In this document: one piece after another, positions 52,746 through 64,000 of the stretch
Position numbering within the stretch: the stretch's first letter is position 1
How the letters are laid out: the number at the start of each line of letters is the position of its first letter
Assembly (NCBI GenBank): GCA_013265495.1
Contig: MU058103.1
Location: 498,001 to 562,000 of the forward strand
DNA: 64,000 nucleotides
Direction of reading: 5' to 3'
From: Vicugna vicugna
Taxonomy: Eukaryota
The notes under the pieces: model-generated
What the model saw: the letters and a program-made list of their open reading frames with translations, nothing else
Told to the model about the DNA's origin: nothing
The model's database searches: none
Made by a program: the position numbers and the translations under genes

Positions 52746-53982
52746 AGCACTGTGACAACATCAGAAGACTTTCAGCAGGAAGTTAATATGATCTCATGCC
52801 TATTTATGAAACGCAAAGCTTGTCTCACTTAAAAATATTGTCTTTCTTTCAAAATCACGTCTTCCATGAAGGCAGGGGCCAGATTTTCTCCTTTTGTGCA
52901 TTTCCCTAAGCATTTCAAAATTAATAGGTACAGAATAGTCCTCCACACATCATCCATAAGTTGGATAGTGTGCAAACTTAACATTTGAATTACGACTTAC
53001 AAGCTGTTAAAAATAAAGTAATTAATACCTTGTTCCCTTAAGTGTCTATAAGTGGAACTCTTCAGGCTTGGAGAGCTTTTATATAGATGGTATGATTTAT
53101 TCTCATGATCTTCATCTAGATGGGATGAGAAATGAGGGAACCGAACATTAAATACGCAATTTGAAACCTGGATAGAACTCATAGACATGGCCAATCTCAT
53201 AAGTACCTTTAAAATTGAGGCTATATGGAAACCAGAGTCCTCCAGGGAATCCTTGTCTTGTTCTGTCCAGTCACATTTTTATACATTCATATCCATAAGA
53301 TCTTGTCAATAAGATGAATGTTGCATCCTAAGCTAAACAGTGCTCAGACATCCAAACAGTTGATGCATTTTTTAAATCAGAATATACAGTAGCTATAAAA
53401 CAAAATCAAAACAGGAGTCTGATAACATTTTTTGCTAGCTCTGTTTCACAGTCGTTCAATGATTTTACCATTCCATTTTGAAGAATAAATAAATGAGAAG
53501 GGGGATTTGGAGACAAGATGCTCCTGTCATGAAATGCACATCTTAAAATTAGAAAAAGACAATATGAATACTTGTCATAGTGTTAAAAAAAGTTTTAGAT
53601 CAAGGAGTATCAAATTATCCTTCACTCTTTTCCTTCCTCTCTCTCTCTCTCTCTCCCTCTCTTTCCCTCCACCCCTGTGTCTTTGCATCTTACTTTTTTT
53701 CTTGCATTGTCTCCTTCATACATCGTATACCCATAAATTGATATGGGGACTCTTAATTATTTCCTATAACAAGTAATTGTTAAGCACTTATTATGTGAAA
53801 GTCATTGTGATCAGCACTAGGGATAAAAGAGGTAAATTAGACTGACTTATGGAGAGAAACTGGTTGTAAATTTCCCTTGTATCCAAAGGAACTGGCAGTG
53901 CTTAATTAAGTTCCATGAAATGAAAACAGTAAGTATAAAAAACAGTAGTGAGAATAAAATTAATAATTGAGAATTTCCTGCA

Positions 53983-54170
53983 CCGTGGTTTTCAAGTGTG
54001 GTCTCTGGACCATGACCACCAGCAGCAGCAGCTAGGGACACACTAAAAAGACAAGCCCTCAGGCTCCCTCTAGATTGACTCAGTCAGAAATTCTGGGGCA
54101 GGGCTGCAGAGTCTGTTTTGTAATAAGACCTCAGGTGATAGAATTGGACATGAAAGTTTGAGAACCACTT
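53983..54170. mobile_element. MER5A hAT-Charlie MITE
   Basis: 'gtggttttcaagtgtggtctctggacc...tcagaaattctgggg...taataagacctcaggtgat...aaagtttgagaaccact' with imperfect TIRs. Confidence 0.8.
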
Positions 54171-54246
54171 CTCTATGTGCAATAGCTTATATGGACCATC
54201 TCATTTAATCCACATAAACCTTACAAGTCAAATACTATTCTATCTT

Positions 54247-54812
54247 TGCCTTAGTTACCTATTGCTGCCTAAACAACCATCCCAAAATGCAGTGGCTTAA
54301 AACAACAACATCGTTTTGTCATTATCTCTCATGATTCTGGAGGTTAAGTAACCTTGTAGTACATTTTCACTTGCCCAAGGTCTCCCATCCAATTGAAGTC
54401 AGATGATGGGGTGGGAGTGATCTGAGGGCTCACTCCCATGTATGTCTGCAGCCTGTGCTGGGAAAACTTAAATAACTGGAAGCTGGAAGAGCTACAACTC
54501 TTAAGGAATCTCTATTTCCAGGTAGTCTCTTCATCATGGGTGGCCAGATTTCTTATGACAGTTTCAAGAGCAACAATCTGGGGGGAGAGAGAGAGAAAGA
54601 GAAGTGGGTGCTGTATCATCTTTTATGATTGAACCTTGAAAGTCACATGGCATCACTTTCCAAATTCCTACTATCCAGAAAGTCACAAAGGATTACCCAG
54701 GTTGAAATGGATGAGCATTTCACCGTTTGATGAGGGAGTTGGCAAGTTTTGAGAAGAGATGTCAAACTGGAAATATTTTTGAATCTATCTTTATGAAATA
54801 CAATTTGCTGCA
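54247..54812 (-). mobile_element. MLT1 (G/H-like) MaLR solo LTR inside a MIR
   Basis: 'ttagttacctattgctgcctaaacaaccatcccaaaatgcagtggcttaaaacaacaac' and 'gaaagtcacatggcatcactttcc'. Confidence 0.75.
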
Positions 54813-55519
54813 ATCTCCATTTTTCATCTGAGAAAATGGGGATGGAGGGAGGTTAAATAACTTGTCCAAAATTTCACAGTTAGTGAATGGTAGAACAGAG
54901 ATTTAAGCTCAGAGCTAGCAATTTATATCAGCTTGCAACACTGGTTTCCATACTGTTTACTGTCAACCACGTGTACATAAAATAATTTGCATAGATTATT
55001 TCTTTCTATCCTCAACAACTCAATGAGATCTATACCATCATTGCTATTTTGCAAATGGGGAAACTGAAGCTTAGAAAAACTAAATAATTTTTCTAAATTT
55101 GCATGCCTAGTAATTTGTGGTGCCCGAATTTGAATACAGGTGGTATTTCTTCAAAGGATGATTTCAAGTACAGCACTGCGTTGCTGGTGTATTTTATTAA
55201 CTGTCATCATTTGTATCATGTATGCATATGTATTTTGGCATGTGCTTTAGTGTTTTTGTTTTCTCTATGCATTTTCTGCTTTTCCCAAGTTATAAAATAG
55301 TAATTGTTTATTGTTCTTATAATGTGAAGTAAATAAGCCCTACTTCAAGAAGAATACCTTTGCTCTGAGTTAGAGATAGTACCAACTGCTCGAGAAATTA
55401 CACTGAAAGATTAATGCAATGCTTAGTATGGGGAAAAGGACAGAAAGATGGCAAGGACATTAGAGAATAGTTGAGGAAACCGGGCATACTTCTGCTGAAA
55501 AAAGAAGAGATTAATGGAG

Positions 55520-55745
55520 GGTAAAACTGATGTCAGCAGGCGAGCTTATAGCTGTTCCTGTGGTTGAAAGTTCTGAAGAAGATGTCAGCTGGCCAGTTGT
55601 TGCAAATATCATAGAAGAGCTTCCAACATTGGGCACATTGTTGAAGGAGATGGCATGTATGATCTGTCTAGTCCTAAGATTTCAAGATCATTGGGCAATT
55701 CTCTGGGGATGCCCCCCCACTGGAGAGAGCTGGAACACCCACCGG
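55520..55745 (+). mobile_element. Possible ancient RTE-clade LINE (L4-like) RT C-terminal remnant
   Basis: Allowing frameshifts it reads (K/E)VLKK..PVVANIIEE..GHIV..D..VLRF..W..GCPPT..W, echoing the RTE pattern EVL..I..RRL..GHV.R..VL..GRP..W. Heavily decayed. Confidence 0.35.
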
Positions 55746-57218
55746 TGTCTCCTTAGGCCTCAGTGAGCCTTACACCCTTGAGGCTACAGTAGGCCACACT
55801 GGGAGTCTGCTCAGAAGATGGGAGGAGGGGAGCTCAGCTTGCTGGTGGGACATGTCAAGTCTTCCTCTTGTGGTGATCTGGACAGCAGGCCACACAGCCA
55901 CCCAGAAACTGTCTTACTTCCAGAGGACAACTTCAGGTACAAGGAAACATGATTGATGGGCATAAGGCTGCTCTGGCATAGAATCTCTGTATCCCAGAAG
56001 AACCAATATCCATTTTAACATCCCATGGGACTAGCTCCTGGAGTCACCACAAGGGATACACTCATGCATTACACGCCTTATGCAACACTCAGTGAATCCC
56101 CAAGCATCGTGTACTCATGAGGTATTTATTGTTTGTTTATAGTTCTTCCCAGTTCAGAGTCCTTTTTACCATTAGCTGTGTTGCCTAGAAACATGTTGAC
56201 TTTCTTGCTCTTATCAGCCTTTTCAGAGGAGCAGAGCTAGAGAATTAACTCAAGGTCAGGTTCTCATGCAGCCAGGGTGGGATTCTGTTGACACTTTGCC
56301 TACAGTAGCATTCAGCTATGTAACATAATATGAACTCCATTTTAAAGCACCTACTATAATATCAGACCCTCTGTCAAGCTGTTTAAGTGCATGAGTTCAT
56401 GTGATCCTCAAAGCATATCTATGTCCCAGCTACTATTTTCATCTACATTTTATAGGCTAGCAAACTAAATCTTGAGGGAAGAAGGAACTTTGCAAGGTCA
56501 TCCCTCTAGCAAATAAGTCATAGAGTCTGAATCTGCATCTAGGTTTGTGTCCCCAGAGTCTAAGCTCTTAACCATTTGTTTATTCACCAACTATATATTG
56601 ACCTCCAACTCTGTGTCGAGTCCTTTGCTAGGAGCAAGGGATAAAAAATTGAACAAGAAACATACAGAGCCTCTACAGTGCATGTAGCAGTAACCTGTGC
56701 TGGATATTTACAGACTGAAAATGTGCAAGTACTAAATTATATTGAAGAAAGTGTCTGATGTCAAGGATATGAACCTGGCAGCTAATTAACTACCCAAATA
56801 AAATGAATTAGGGTGGTGAGGACTGACCCCCAAGTTCTGCTTCTTCCCTAGAACTGATCAAATAAAAGAGGCAAATGAAGGCCTGAGTTAATACTGCCCT
56901 GAACCAGTCTACCATTCCTCCCGTAATTTTAGAAACTTTTATGCAATTATTTATTATTACCTCAATGGAAATAAAAGAAAGGCACCACTGTCCACCTTAG
57001 TGTATTCTTTAGAGGAAGAGAACACAATTTAATAGTAGTGGTCACTTCAAAATAAGTGTTTTACCTACAGCTAGATTATATAGATAAATAATACAGAATT
57101 ACATCCAGTTTATGTTCATAATGACCTTGACTGGGTGTCCCATAGATGGACTTGAGTCCTTATTCTTAATCTTGGCATGAGAAGAGAAAGACTTCTGAAT
57201 TTGAAAGTAGCTTCACAG

Positions 57219-57413
57219 TGAGGTTGCCAGATAAAATGCAGGGCACTTAGTTAAATTTGAATTGCAGATAAATTCATCAGATAAATAATGAAGTCCTAGA
57301 ATAAGTATATCTCAAATGTTGCATGGAACATGCTTTTACTAAAAATTGTTTCTGACTAAAGTTCAAATTCACTTGGGTCTCTGAATTTTCATTTGCTAAA
57401 TTTGGCAACCCTA
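57219..57413. mobile_element. MER53 palindromic hAT MITE
   Basis: TIRs aggttgccaga / tttggcaaccct, internal 'agttaaatttgaattgcagataaa' mirrored by 'gttcaaattcacttggg'. Imperfect 8-bp TSD cttcacag/cttcaggg. Confidence 0.8.
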
Positions 57414-59959
57414 CTTCAGGGGTCTCTGTGCTTGGCATTGCCAATTTGGTTTTGCAGAGCTGGGGTATACTCTGCCCTCTGGGAGTACATTTTTTCTTTT
57501 TTCTTTCAATAACTGTTTACAGAGGGCCTACTGCCTGACAGAATTAGGGTGGTAGCACATACTGATAAAGTTATAGATGATTATAATGCAAAGTGGAAAA
57601 TATTATGAAAGTCAAGAAATATGTCAATTAAAATGACTATAAAATGGCCAATATTTATAAAGCTGTATTCCCTGTGCAGACACTGTGTTGAGCACATAGA
57701 TACAGTCTTTCAATAGATCTTCACACCAACCCTGAGAAGTGGATGCACATGGAGGAACTGAGATGTAAGACTTGGAGATGTTAAGTCACTTAGACCACTG
57801 CATGTGCATGACACATGGCTGAGCCAGGAGGGTGCCTTGCTCTGCTTAATGCCAGAGCCCAAACCCTGACCCCTCTGCTATAGTATAAAATGGCACTGGG
57901 TAAGTACAGTTGGCCAAGAGAGGCTCACCTGTGAAAGTGCCTTGAATCAAATTTTGTACTGCAGTTAGGAAGGGACCAGGTGAACAAAACTGATGATGGA
58001 AGTGAGGCCTGAAGAGCAGGGCACAAATGGACAAAGGCAGGAAATGGGGACAGAAGAATGGATAGAAAGTCAGACCACGTTAGCCTTGGCATTGACCTGT
58101 TCAAGAAATACTTCCTGATTGTTCCATCTTGGCCAAATACTGGTAATTTCTATTTATAGAGAACTACAAGTCAAGATCACTTTAACTGTAATAAAGATAG
58201 AGTACAATCAAATACTTTTAAAAATGTATTGGCTCTCCCCAGTGTGAAGATAATAGCAAATAAGTTTAATCATGACGACAGTAATAGTACATGAATGTTC
58301 ACTAGGGGCCAGGAATGGTTCAGAGTACTTCACGTGTATTGACTTACACAGTCCGCACAGCAACTCTGTGAATTAGGTTCAGTTTTTGCCTCATTATAAA
58401 GGAGAAGAAATTGAGGGAGAGTGAGTTGAAGTAACTCACCCAGGAGTGACAGTCCCAAAAGTAAATGTTCACGTTGCAGAGCACCCTCCATGTTCTCCCT
58501 CACCTTGTTTGTCAGCTGGCTTAGGGAAGGCTGAGTCTGGACTAGGAAAGGCTGGGATAGCAGTGTGCAATGTACAAGAATCCTGGTGGTCTGAAAGCTG
58601 AAGCCACACAAGTGATTTTACAGAATGAATTTAATTCAACATTTTTTTAAAAATGTTGCTGACTCAGGGAAAGAAGTTCCCATGGGAAGTCTGCTGAAAT
58701 TCTTTGCCTATGCAGATTTTCACATTCAGAAGGCAACAGGAGACACAGGCAGCTGCAAGTGAAGTTCTAGGCATACTGAGAAGACGGGGGCTAGCGGGAC
58801 TGTCCTCAGGATGCAGGCCTTGAACAATAAACAGATGCCAACAGGCGAATCTGAGGAGCTTAGGAAAAGATTTCATACATACACAGAATTGTGCCGACAG
58901 TCGTATATGGGTGTGTTTTCGGGGAAACAATGGCGGGGCTTGAGAAGTGATTAAAGTAAAATGTAAGGGCCAAGTGTGGGCCAGGTGGCTTCTCCTTGTA
59001 ATCAATTATTTATTTTTGTGATTGCAATAACAATGAACAGGTACCATTATGCCCGTTTTACAGAAGTTCTGTGCAGCGGACAAGGACACAGCATTAGTAA
59101 GTGGAAAATTACTCTACTTTCTAATGGTCATTTCTCTTATTGCAAAACATGTCTACTTTCCATGTATTCATTTATTCCACAAATATTTAATGAATTTCTG
59201 TGGAAGCATTTGTATATTGTAGTAGTCAGAAGAGTCATAATTCCTGAAGTCGTGGGGCTGTCACTCTCATCTGCTGTCCCTGGCATCTGATCTTAATCCA
59301 TTGTTTTATTTACTTATTTTATTTTTGTAATTGCAAATACCTTGTTTCATCTAGAATAGATCACATATGTTCTGGATTGAGGAAAGATGGGAGTATTCGC
59401 TGAGACTCGAGCAGGGTAGTATCCATGGGAGAAAGTTAAAAAAAAAAAGACTCAAGTTTCTGTGACTGTCCATCTGGTACATTGCACAAATGCTAAACTG
59501 AAAAGCAAATCAATAGTTGTCTGCAGTAGGACTTCTGGAAACTAGGCATTGTCCGTGCTCAATTAAAAGGCTAAATTGATGACTGACACCACTTCAGAAG
59601 TCTGTGGCAGCTTCAGATGGTTACATTACAAGAGAAGCTGCAATGATGGGGAGACAAAGAAGAAGGTGAAATGGTACCCATAGCCCTGGACAACGTTCAG
59701 GGTCAAAATCAGACCGTTCTCTTAACACCTGGGTATGTTGGTACAGCTGCAAGTTTGTATTTGTGAATCTGCAGAAGTTCATCATTCTCTGCTTCCAGGG
59801 AACTCAAGGGACAGGAGTAAAACCCAGACCACAGGGGTAGATTGTGACCAATCATGGACATTCTTGATTTATTATTAAAGATATTTTTACAATTTCAACC
59901 CAAGGAAGGAAGACATGGGCCAAAATGCTTTCAGGAAAAATTTTAGTTTTTAAAGTATT

Positions 59960-60440
59960 AATGGATCACCAGTTTTCATGACCTACAAAGGCTTTACAGG
60001 ATCTCACCACCTCCCCTTAAACCCTGATCTCACCTCCCATAGCTCCCTGCCCCATTCAGTTCTCCCAGCCCTCTGGTTTGCTACTCAGGCCTCCAAAATG
60101 CTCCCCACTACAGGGCCTTTGGAATTTCTTTTCTTTCTGCCTCAGATTCCTTTCTTCAGGTATCTTCCTCCTCAATGCTCAATGCTACCCTGACTGCCTT
60201 ATTTCTAAATCATGGTTAAGAAATCCAGTCCTTCTTACTTACTCTTATTTAATTCATAGTACTTATGGCTTTCAAAAATATCTTATAATGTATATATTCT
60301 GTTTATTATGTATTGTCTGATTTTCCTAATGAAACGTAAACTCTTCATGGCCAAGCATTTCCACTAATGAAGCCCAAGTGTCTAGAAACACACCTTGTAC
60401 ATTATAGGCTCTAAGCAAATGTTTGTTGAAAGAATAACAA
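59960..60440 (+). mobile_element. L2 3' portion
   Basis: 'catgacctacaaaggcttt...ctccccactacagggcctttgg' and end 'aaatgtttgttgaaagaat'. Confidence 0.6.
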
Positions 60441-63204
60441 AATTTTCTCATATGTAATATTCCACAAGTGCACACTTATATTCACATCATCCTGCCCAGA
60501 TTTAAGGTTAATTCTAATCCACAGCTCTGCTCAAAATGAAATAGAAAGTGCCTGTAATCTAGCAGGCAAAACTGACCTCGAGGTGAAGATCTATCTATTA
60601 GTGTCCCATAGGATGAGTTAGGTCTTAGCAAACATTCTTTATCTTCAGTAGAGCTTTTTGGTTCTTTGTGTGTTTGGAGGGGGAGTCACAAATTGGGATT
60701 CTCTGTTATGTTCTCTAGCGTGAGAATTGGTTTTTGCTTAGAAAATTAGAAATCAATAAGAAAATGCCCAGAAAAACAAAAATCAACAAATTTTATTTTT
60801 TTCTTCCCAAACCCTTCACAATAATTGGGTACAAAACAAACTTTAAAAGAAAGCTACAACCGAAATTGCCAACTATTTAAAAGTGGAAAACAATCAACTC
60901 ACTACACATGTTTTTGGTAATAATCAAATAAAAGCATACAGACTTATATGAAATTATTAGAAAGAAAACAGGGTAAATTATAACTAAATTCCAAACTCAA
61001 AGTATTAGGGAAAAAAAACAAAGAAAATAAAAGCAAGGAGATTTGATTTATGATTTAAATTAGTATTTTGAAATAAATGATGAAACAGAGAACCTTTGTT
61101 AAGTTCAAGTATTGAAAGAAAACGAAAGAGAGAAAGGGAAGGGAGACTGAGAGAAAGAGTGTAAGAGAGAATTTAAATAAAATTGGGAATAAGAAAGGGG
61201 GCATCACTACAGATATGGAAGAAATTTAAATATTTTTAAAGGTGTAATGTAAATAAAAATAGCTGTAAAACGATTTTTATTACAATACTGTGTGTAGTGC
61301 TAAGTAGTTGGAAACAGTCTTAGTATCCAACCAGTAAGAGAGCAGTTAAATAGCTTTTGGTATTTCACACCATAAAATATTATCCATGTGTTAAAAGGTG
61401 AAGGTACACATGTGTATATATATATGTGTATGTGTATATATCCTTCTAAAATATACCCCCCCACACACAATTATATTAACTAAAGAAATGAAATAGAAAA
61501 TGACATGATTTCCTGTATGTAAAAACATTTTAAAAAATTGATGCCCAGGAAGCCAAATACATTTCTATCATATATGTTTACCCACGTGAATTTAAAAAAA
61601 TCTGGAAATACGTAAGGACGCTCTTAATTCTTATTTCTTCTAAGAAGAGTGGAGTGATTGGCCAAGCTCCAAGTAGCCTTTCAGGAAGCTCTACACCTTT
61701 CTGTCATTTGTTTTTTTAATAATATACTCAAATATTTCTTGTATAATAAAAATATATGATGTATCCCTATCTATCTAAGTGGTGTGTGATTATTATAGGC
61801 ACAACTTTGGGGTCAGTACATTTTTCAGGGAAACAAATGCAGATTCAGATAGACAGATATAACATCTAGATACTTCCTTTCTCTCTGAGTTTCAGGTTTC
61901 CTAATCACCACTCAATCTATTATCATTGCTATTTAAACAAACAAAGAGGCAACAATTTTTTTTAATACACATGCCTGTGTGTTAGGCTTCCTCTTAGTAC
62001 TACCATAATTAACCATAATGATAATGATTGTATCATCATCATCATCATCATAAACCCGTAGAGCTTTGCAGATAGCCATCACAAGTGTTTTGAATTGATT
62101 CTGTATAGAATACAATAAAATGTTTGAATGAAGGATTAATATGATTGAATTTAGATTTGATGGGCTGTTCTGTTGTCAGAGTTGGGGGTGGACTGTGATG
62201 GAAAAATTTGGAGGCAGAGAGACCAGTTTGGGCAGTGACTCTTTCTTGAGAATGCCTCAGGAAAATTGAGATAGTGGTAGAAGACTGATTACCGAGCCTC
62301 ATCCCAGGAATTAGATTTTCTAAGAGAGAGCAGGAATAATATTTCTTTACAGAAATTAACTTTTAATAAAAACAGAAACAATAATCATAAACTACAAACA
62401 GCTAAAATCAAGAACCCAGAATTCAAAGCCTATTTTATCATATATGTTAGTTTCAGAAGGCAGAATATACATATTTATATGTGTCCTAATCATGAAATTA
62501 AACTGTTCATGGCTCCAATTGCCATCATCTGAGATTATCCATTTCTATGTTGGCTGCACCAGAGTCTGTTGCAAGATGGTTTGTCAAGATTTTTCCTTTA
62601 AAAAAAAAAAATGGCCTTGTCATCCCCAGGAGGGGCCTAAGGCTGCGTGTGGAGGGATATAGAAGTTTCCACTGGCAGCTACTTGCTAAACTGAATATAC
62701 TTAGCTTAGCTTGTCAAGTCCTAGAATTGTTTGATTTCCTGCAGGAAATGTTTGCCTTTGAAAACTCCAGTGGGTAAATAGCTTTTTCACCTCTGCTCAA
62801 GGGAATGAGTCTAACATTGTCTGAAGATGAGATTCATCCCCTGGAGGAGGTACCGAGCATCTAATGAGCTTAGGAACAAATCAGAAAAGCAGCAGGGGGT
62901 GGATTACTACTCCCACCTATCCGTGGTTCCATGAAGAAGTCCGTTTTAGATGTTTGCATGCGCGCACTACCCGTTTACACTGAGTTTTGCCTGTGTGCTG
63001 TATTGGATATGTATAACTCTACTATAGAAACACATCTTGCCACATTGTACGTTGTGAAAAGTGTATGATTTTGCTCCTTGGGGTGCATTCTATTTAAATA
63101 TTCATTAATGCATTATCCACCAGGAATGTACTTTTATCTTTTTTATGTCTGATATGAGTCCTGCTTCTGGTACTTTAAGCCAGAGCAACTTATACCCACA
63201 TAGT

Positions 63205-63261
63205 CATACACACACACACACACACACGCGTGCGCGCACACGCACGCACACACACATATAC
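63205..63261. repeat. Compound (CA)/(CG)/(TG) microsatellite
   Basis: 57 bp of unbroken pyrimidine-purine alternation. Confidence 0.9.
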
Positions 63262-64000
63262 TCACACACACAAGAAGGCATATATCCCCTAAAACAGTGA
63301 CTGCCTATAGGTTATTACCAACAATTGCTCCCATGACCTCAGATTGAACTTGTTTATTAGCTAATACCCCCTCTTTCTTTCATTAAGATTTCTTCCCAAC
63401 TCAAATTCTTAAGTGAAGCATCTGACATTGGCCCCTTGGACACTGTTTTTATATTTGTTCACACTGGCATTTCATCCTCAATTCTAATGGATTTCCACTT
63501 GTCTTATTCCTCTGGCTATAGTCCTTGCTACTTACGGAGAAGTTCTGCTCTAGTTCGGTCCTCTTGGAGCTCAGGTTGCTATAGTGGCCCTTTGACTGAT
63601 GGTTTAACTCTACAAGCTCAAAGGAACAGATGAGCTGAAAATTGTTTTAAGCTCTAATCTTGTACATTTAGAATTAATCCAAATAGAAATTTTGTAGGAA
63701 AACTTTTATCAGAAAAAAATTTTTCCCTGAAGCAACACTGGGCTGATGGTGGAAGAAAGAGAAAAAATAGGCTGATGAGAGAGGATCCTGAATGTAGCAC
63801 ACTCTCTAGATGAGCTCATTCTGTTGTTGTTGCTGTTGGTTTGTTTTTATTTTAAGGTTACATAGGGAATTAAATCCCTTCTCTTATAGAGAAACAAAAG
63901 CATGATTTTGCTTTGCTTTGTGTTGTTTGCAAGGGCATAGAATTGTGTTGCATATGCATCCCAAACATTTTCTAAATATCTTAAAATATGCCAATTCTCA

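Noticed and set aside
55500..56030. Processed pseudogene on the minus strand
   Set aside because: The best frame has multiple stops, no parent gene is recognised, and no poly(A)/TSD is seen; a plus-strand RTE-like origin fits better.
57219..57413. Long palindrome as a novel hairpin element
   Set aside because: Explained by the known palindromic MER53 MITE.
1..64000. CRISPR array, operon or other prokaryotic-type system; CpG-island promoter
   Set aside because: The sequence is mammalian repeat-rich DNA with no regularly spaced repeat-spacer array, no gene-dense ORFs and no CpG island.

Overview
This is AT-rich, strongly CpG-depleted mammalian genomic DNA with one 650-nt assembly gap (13367-14016). 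The tRNA-derived SINE at ~21.2 kb and the young L1 3' ends resemble camelid (camel/alpaca) families, so the source is probably a camelid; this rests on recalled consensus sequences, not a search. The window reads as intergenic or deep-intronic. It is dominated by interspersed repeats of many ages (L1, L2, MIR, MaLR/ERVL LTRs, Tigger and hAT MITEs). I recognise no cellular protein-coding gene and no RNA gene. The only ORF-track entries with clear homology are L1 ORF2 remnants, plus two weak RTE-like reverse-transcriptase remnants. I cannot support a new multi-gene biological system here. The best observations are structural: (1) a 2.5-kb block flanked by a perfect 170-bp direct repeat that splits an L2; (2) a TSD-flanked ~350-bp mini-L1 made only of the L1 5' and 3' ends, possibly spliced; (3) a 5'-inverted young L1 whose empty target site survives in an adjacent tandem duplicate; (4) a ~119-bp spacer-less palindrome. 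Repeat subfamily names and the boundaries of old repeats are approximate, by-eye calls.
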